64,000 bases of DNA. Origin: Spirochaetia bacterium (GTDB lineage Bacteria > Spirochaetota > Spirochaetia > SZUA-6 > Bin103). The translations under genes and the position numbers were made by a program. Below, piece after piece: positions 63,091 to 64,000 of the stretch; within the stretch, counting starts at the first letter, position 1, and every line of letters begins with the position of its first letter. The notes below the pieces were generated by a model, which was not told the origin of the DNA, made no database searches, and saw only the letters and a list, made by a program, of their open reading frames with translations. The stretch covers positions 3,616,001-3,680,000 of the forward strand of contig OZ241907.1 in NCBI GenBank assembly GCA_965203515.1, in the 5' to 3' direction.

Positions 63091-64000
63091 ATGGCAGACG
63101 CCGTCAGGTTCGCGGTCGTGGGGCTGGGCATGGGCCGGCCGCGCGCCGATCGATGCGGGGAGACCGCGGGGGCCGAGCTGGCGGCGGTCTGCGACCTGTC
63201 GGAGGAGCGCGGGTCGGCCGCCGCCGCCGCGCTGGGGGTGCCGTGGGTGCAAAACTACGACGATCTGCTGGCGCGCGACGACCTGGACGTGATCGGCCTG
63301 TGGACGCCGAGCGGCACCCACGCGGCGCTGGCGGTGCAGGCGCTGCAGGCCGGCAAGCACGTGTGCATGACCAAGCCGATGGACATCACGACCGCCGCCT
63401 GCGACCGGGCTATCCACGAGGCCGATCGCCGCGGGCTGCTGCTGGGCATCGACTTCGAGCAGCGCTACCTGCCGGCGAACCACCGGGTCAAGCGGGCGAT
63501 CGACTCGGGCGCCATCGGCCGGCTGCTGCGGGCGGACCTGCGCATGTACTGGTTTCGCGGGCAGTCCTACTACGACGCGGGCATGCCGCAACGCTGGCGC
63601 AGCCGCCTCGATACCGAAGGAGGATCGTTGGCCAACCAGGCGGTCCACTTCGTCGACCTGCTGCTCTGGTGGGCCGGCGCCGCCGAACGCGTGGTCGGCT
63701 GTCGCGGCACCTACGGCCACGACATCGAGACCGAGGACGGCGCCACCGCCGTCGTCCAGTTCCGTACGGGAGCGGTCGGGTCGATCGTCACCACCACCTG
63801 CGCCGTCCCCGACCGGAGGCACGACGTCACCCTGAGCGGCACCTGGGGCACCCTCGTCTGGTCCAACGCCGACGAGGCGACGCTCGATCACGTGCCGGAC
63901 GGTGCGCGCTCGGCCGGCGATGCGTTTCGGGCCGACGGCGCGCCGCAGGTCGTCTCCGGCGACCTGGGCGCCTACGCGGCACCGCCGGATCTGGCGGGCA
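63091..64000 (+). CDS. Gfo/Idh/MocA family oxidoreductase (3' end runs off the window)
   Basis: Not in the ORF track. MADAVRFAVVGLGMG...WTPSGTH...GKHVCMTKPM...GGSLANQAVHFVD, open to the window end. Confidence 0.9.
   Translation, partial: MADAVRFAVVGLGMGRPRADRCGETAGAELAAVCDLSEERGSAAAAALGVPWVQNYDDLLARDDLDVIGLWTPSGTHAALAVQALQAGKHVCMTKPMDITTAACDRAIHEADRRGLLLGIDFEQRYLPANHRVKRAIDSGAIGRLLRADLRMYWFRGQSYYDAGMPQRWRSRLDTEGGSLANQAVHFVDLLLWWAGAAERVVGCRGTYGHDIETEDGATAVVQFRTGAVGSIVTTTCAVPDRRHDVTLSGTWGTLVWSNADEATLDHVPDGARSAGDAFRADGAPQVVSGDLGAYAAPPDLAG

Noticed and set aside
63043..63891. Minus-strand ORF 63043..63891
   Set aside because: Antisense shadow of the plus-strand Gfo/Idh/MocA gene starting at 63091.

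Overview
A GC-rich bacterial window built on an aerobic respiration and Fe-S backbone. The left arm (1.4-19.9 kb) has a diheme-type sdhCAB, an HCF101-like Mrp/ApbC carrier, three ferredoxins, an HDAC-family deacetylase, an FprA-type ferredoxin-NADP reductase and a Rieske/split cytochrome b/octaheme cytochrome c complex. The right arm (54.7-59.5 kb) has a cupredoxin lipoprotein and an A1-type cytochrome c oxidase operon. Between them lies a ~34 kb accessory block: an internally deleted Rpn remnant, a LysR regulator with a 28-nt homopolymer, a ~29 kb gene for a ~9,700-aa autotransporter-like surface protein, an ATPase-TOPRIM (OLD-like) gene, creD and a frameshifted hypothetical gene. The giant protein is split in this sequence by three clustered indels. 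It has a head of 16 same-scaffold modules with hypervariable loops and an acidic stalk of 21 x 690-bp repeats. Smaller accessory items are a lower-GC TIGR04255 + helical-partner pair translationally coupled to sdhB, a tandem paralog pair with variable short repeats, an MNT-HEPN pair and a KRFE-repeat membrane protein. I recognised no rRNA, tRNA, CRISPR array, integrase or reverse transcriptase. All family assignments come from motif recognition by eye, not from database searches.
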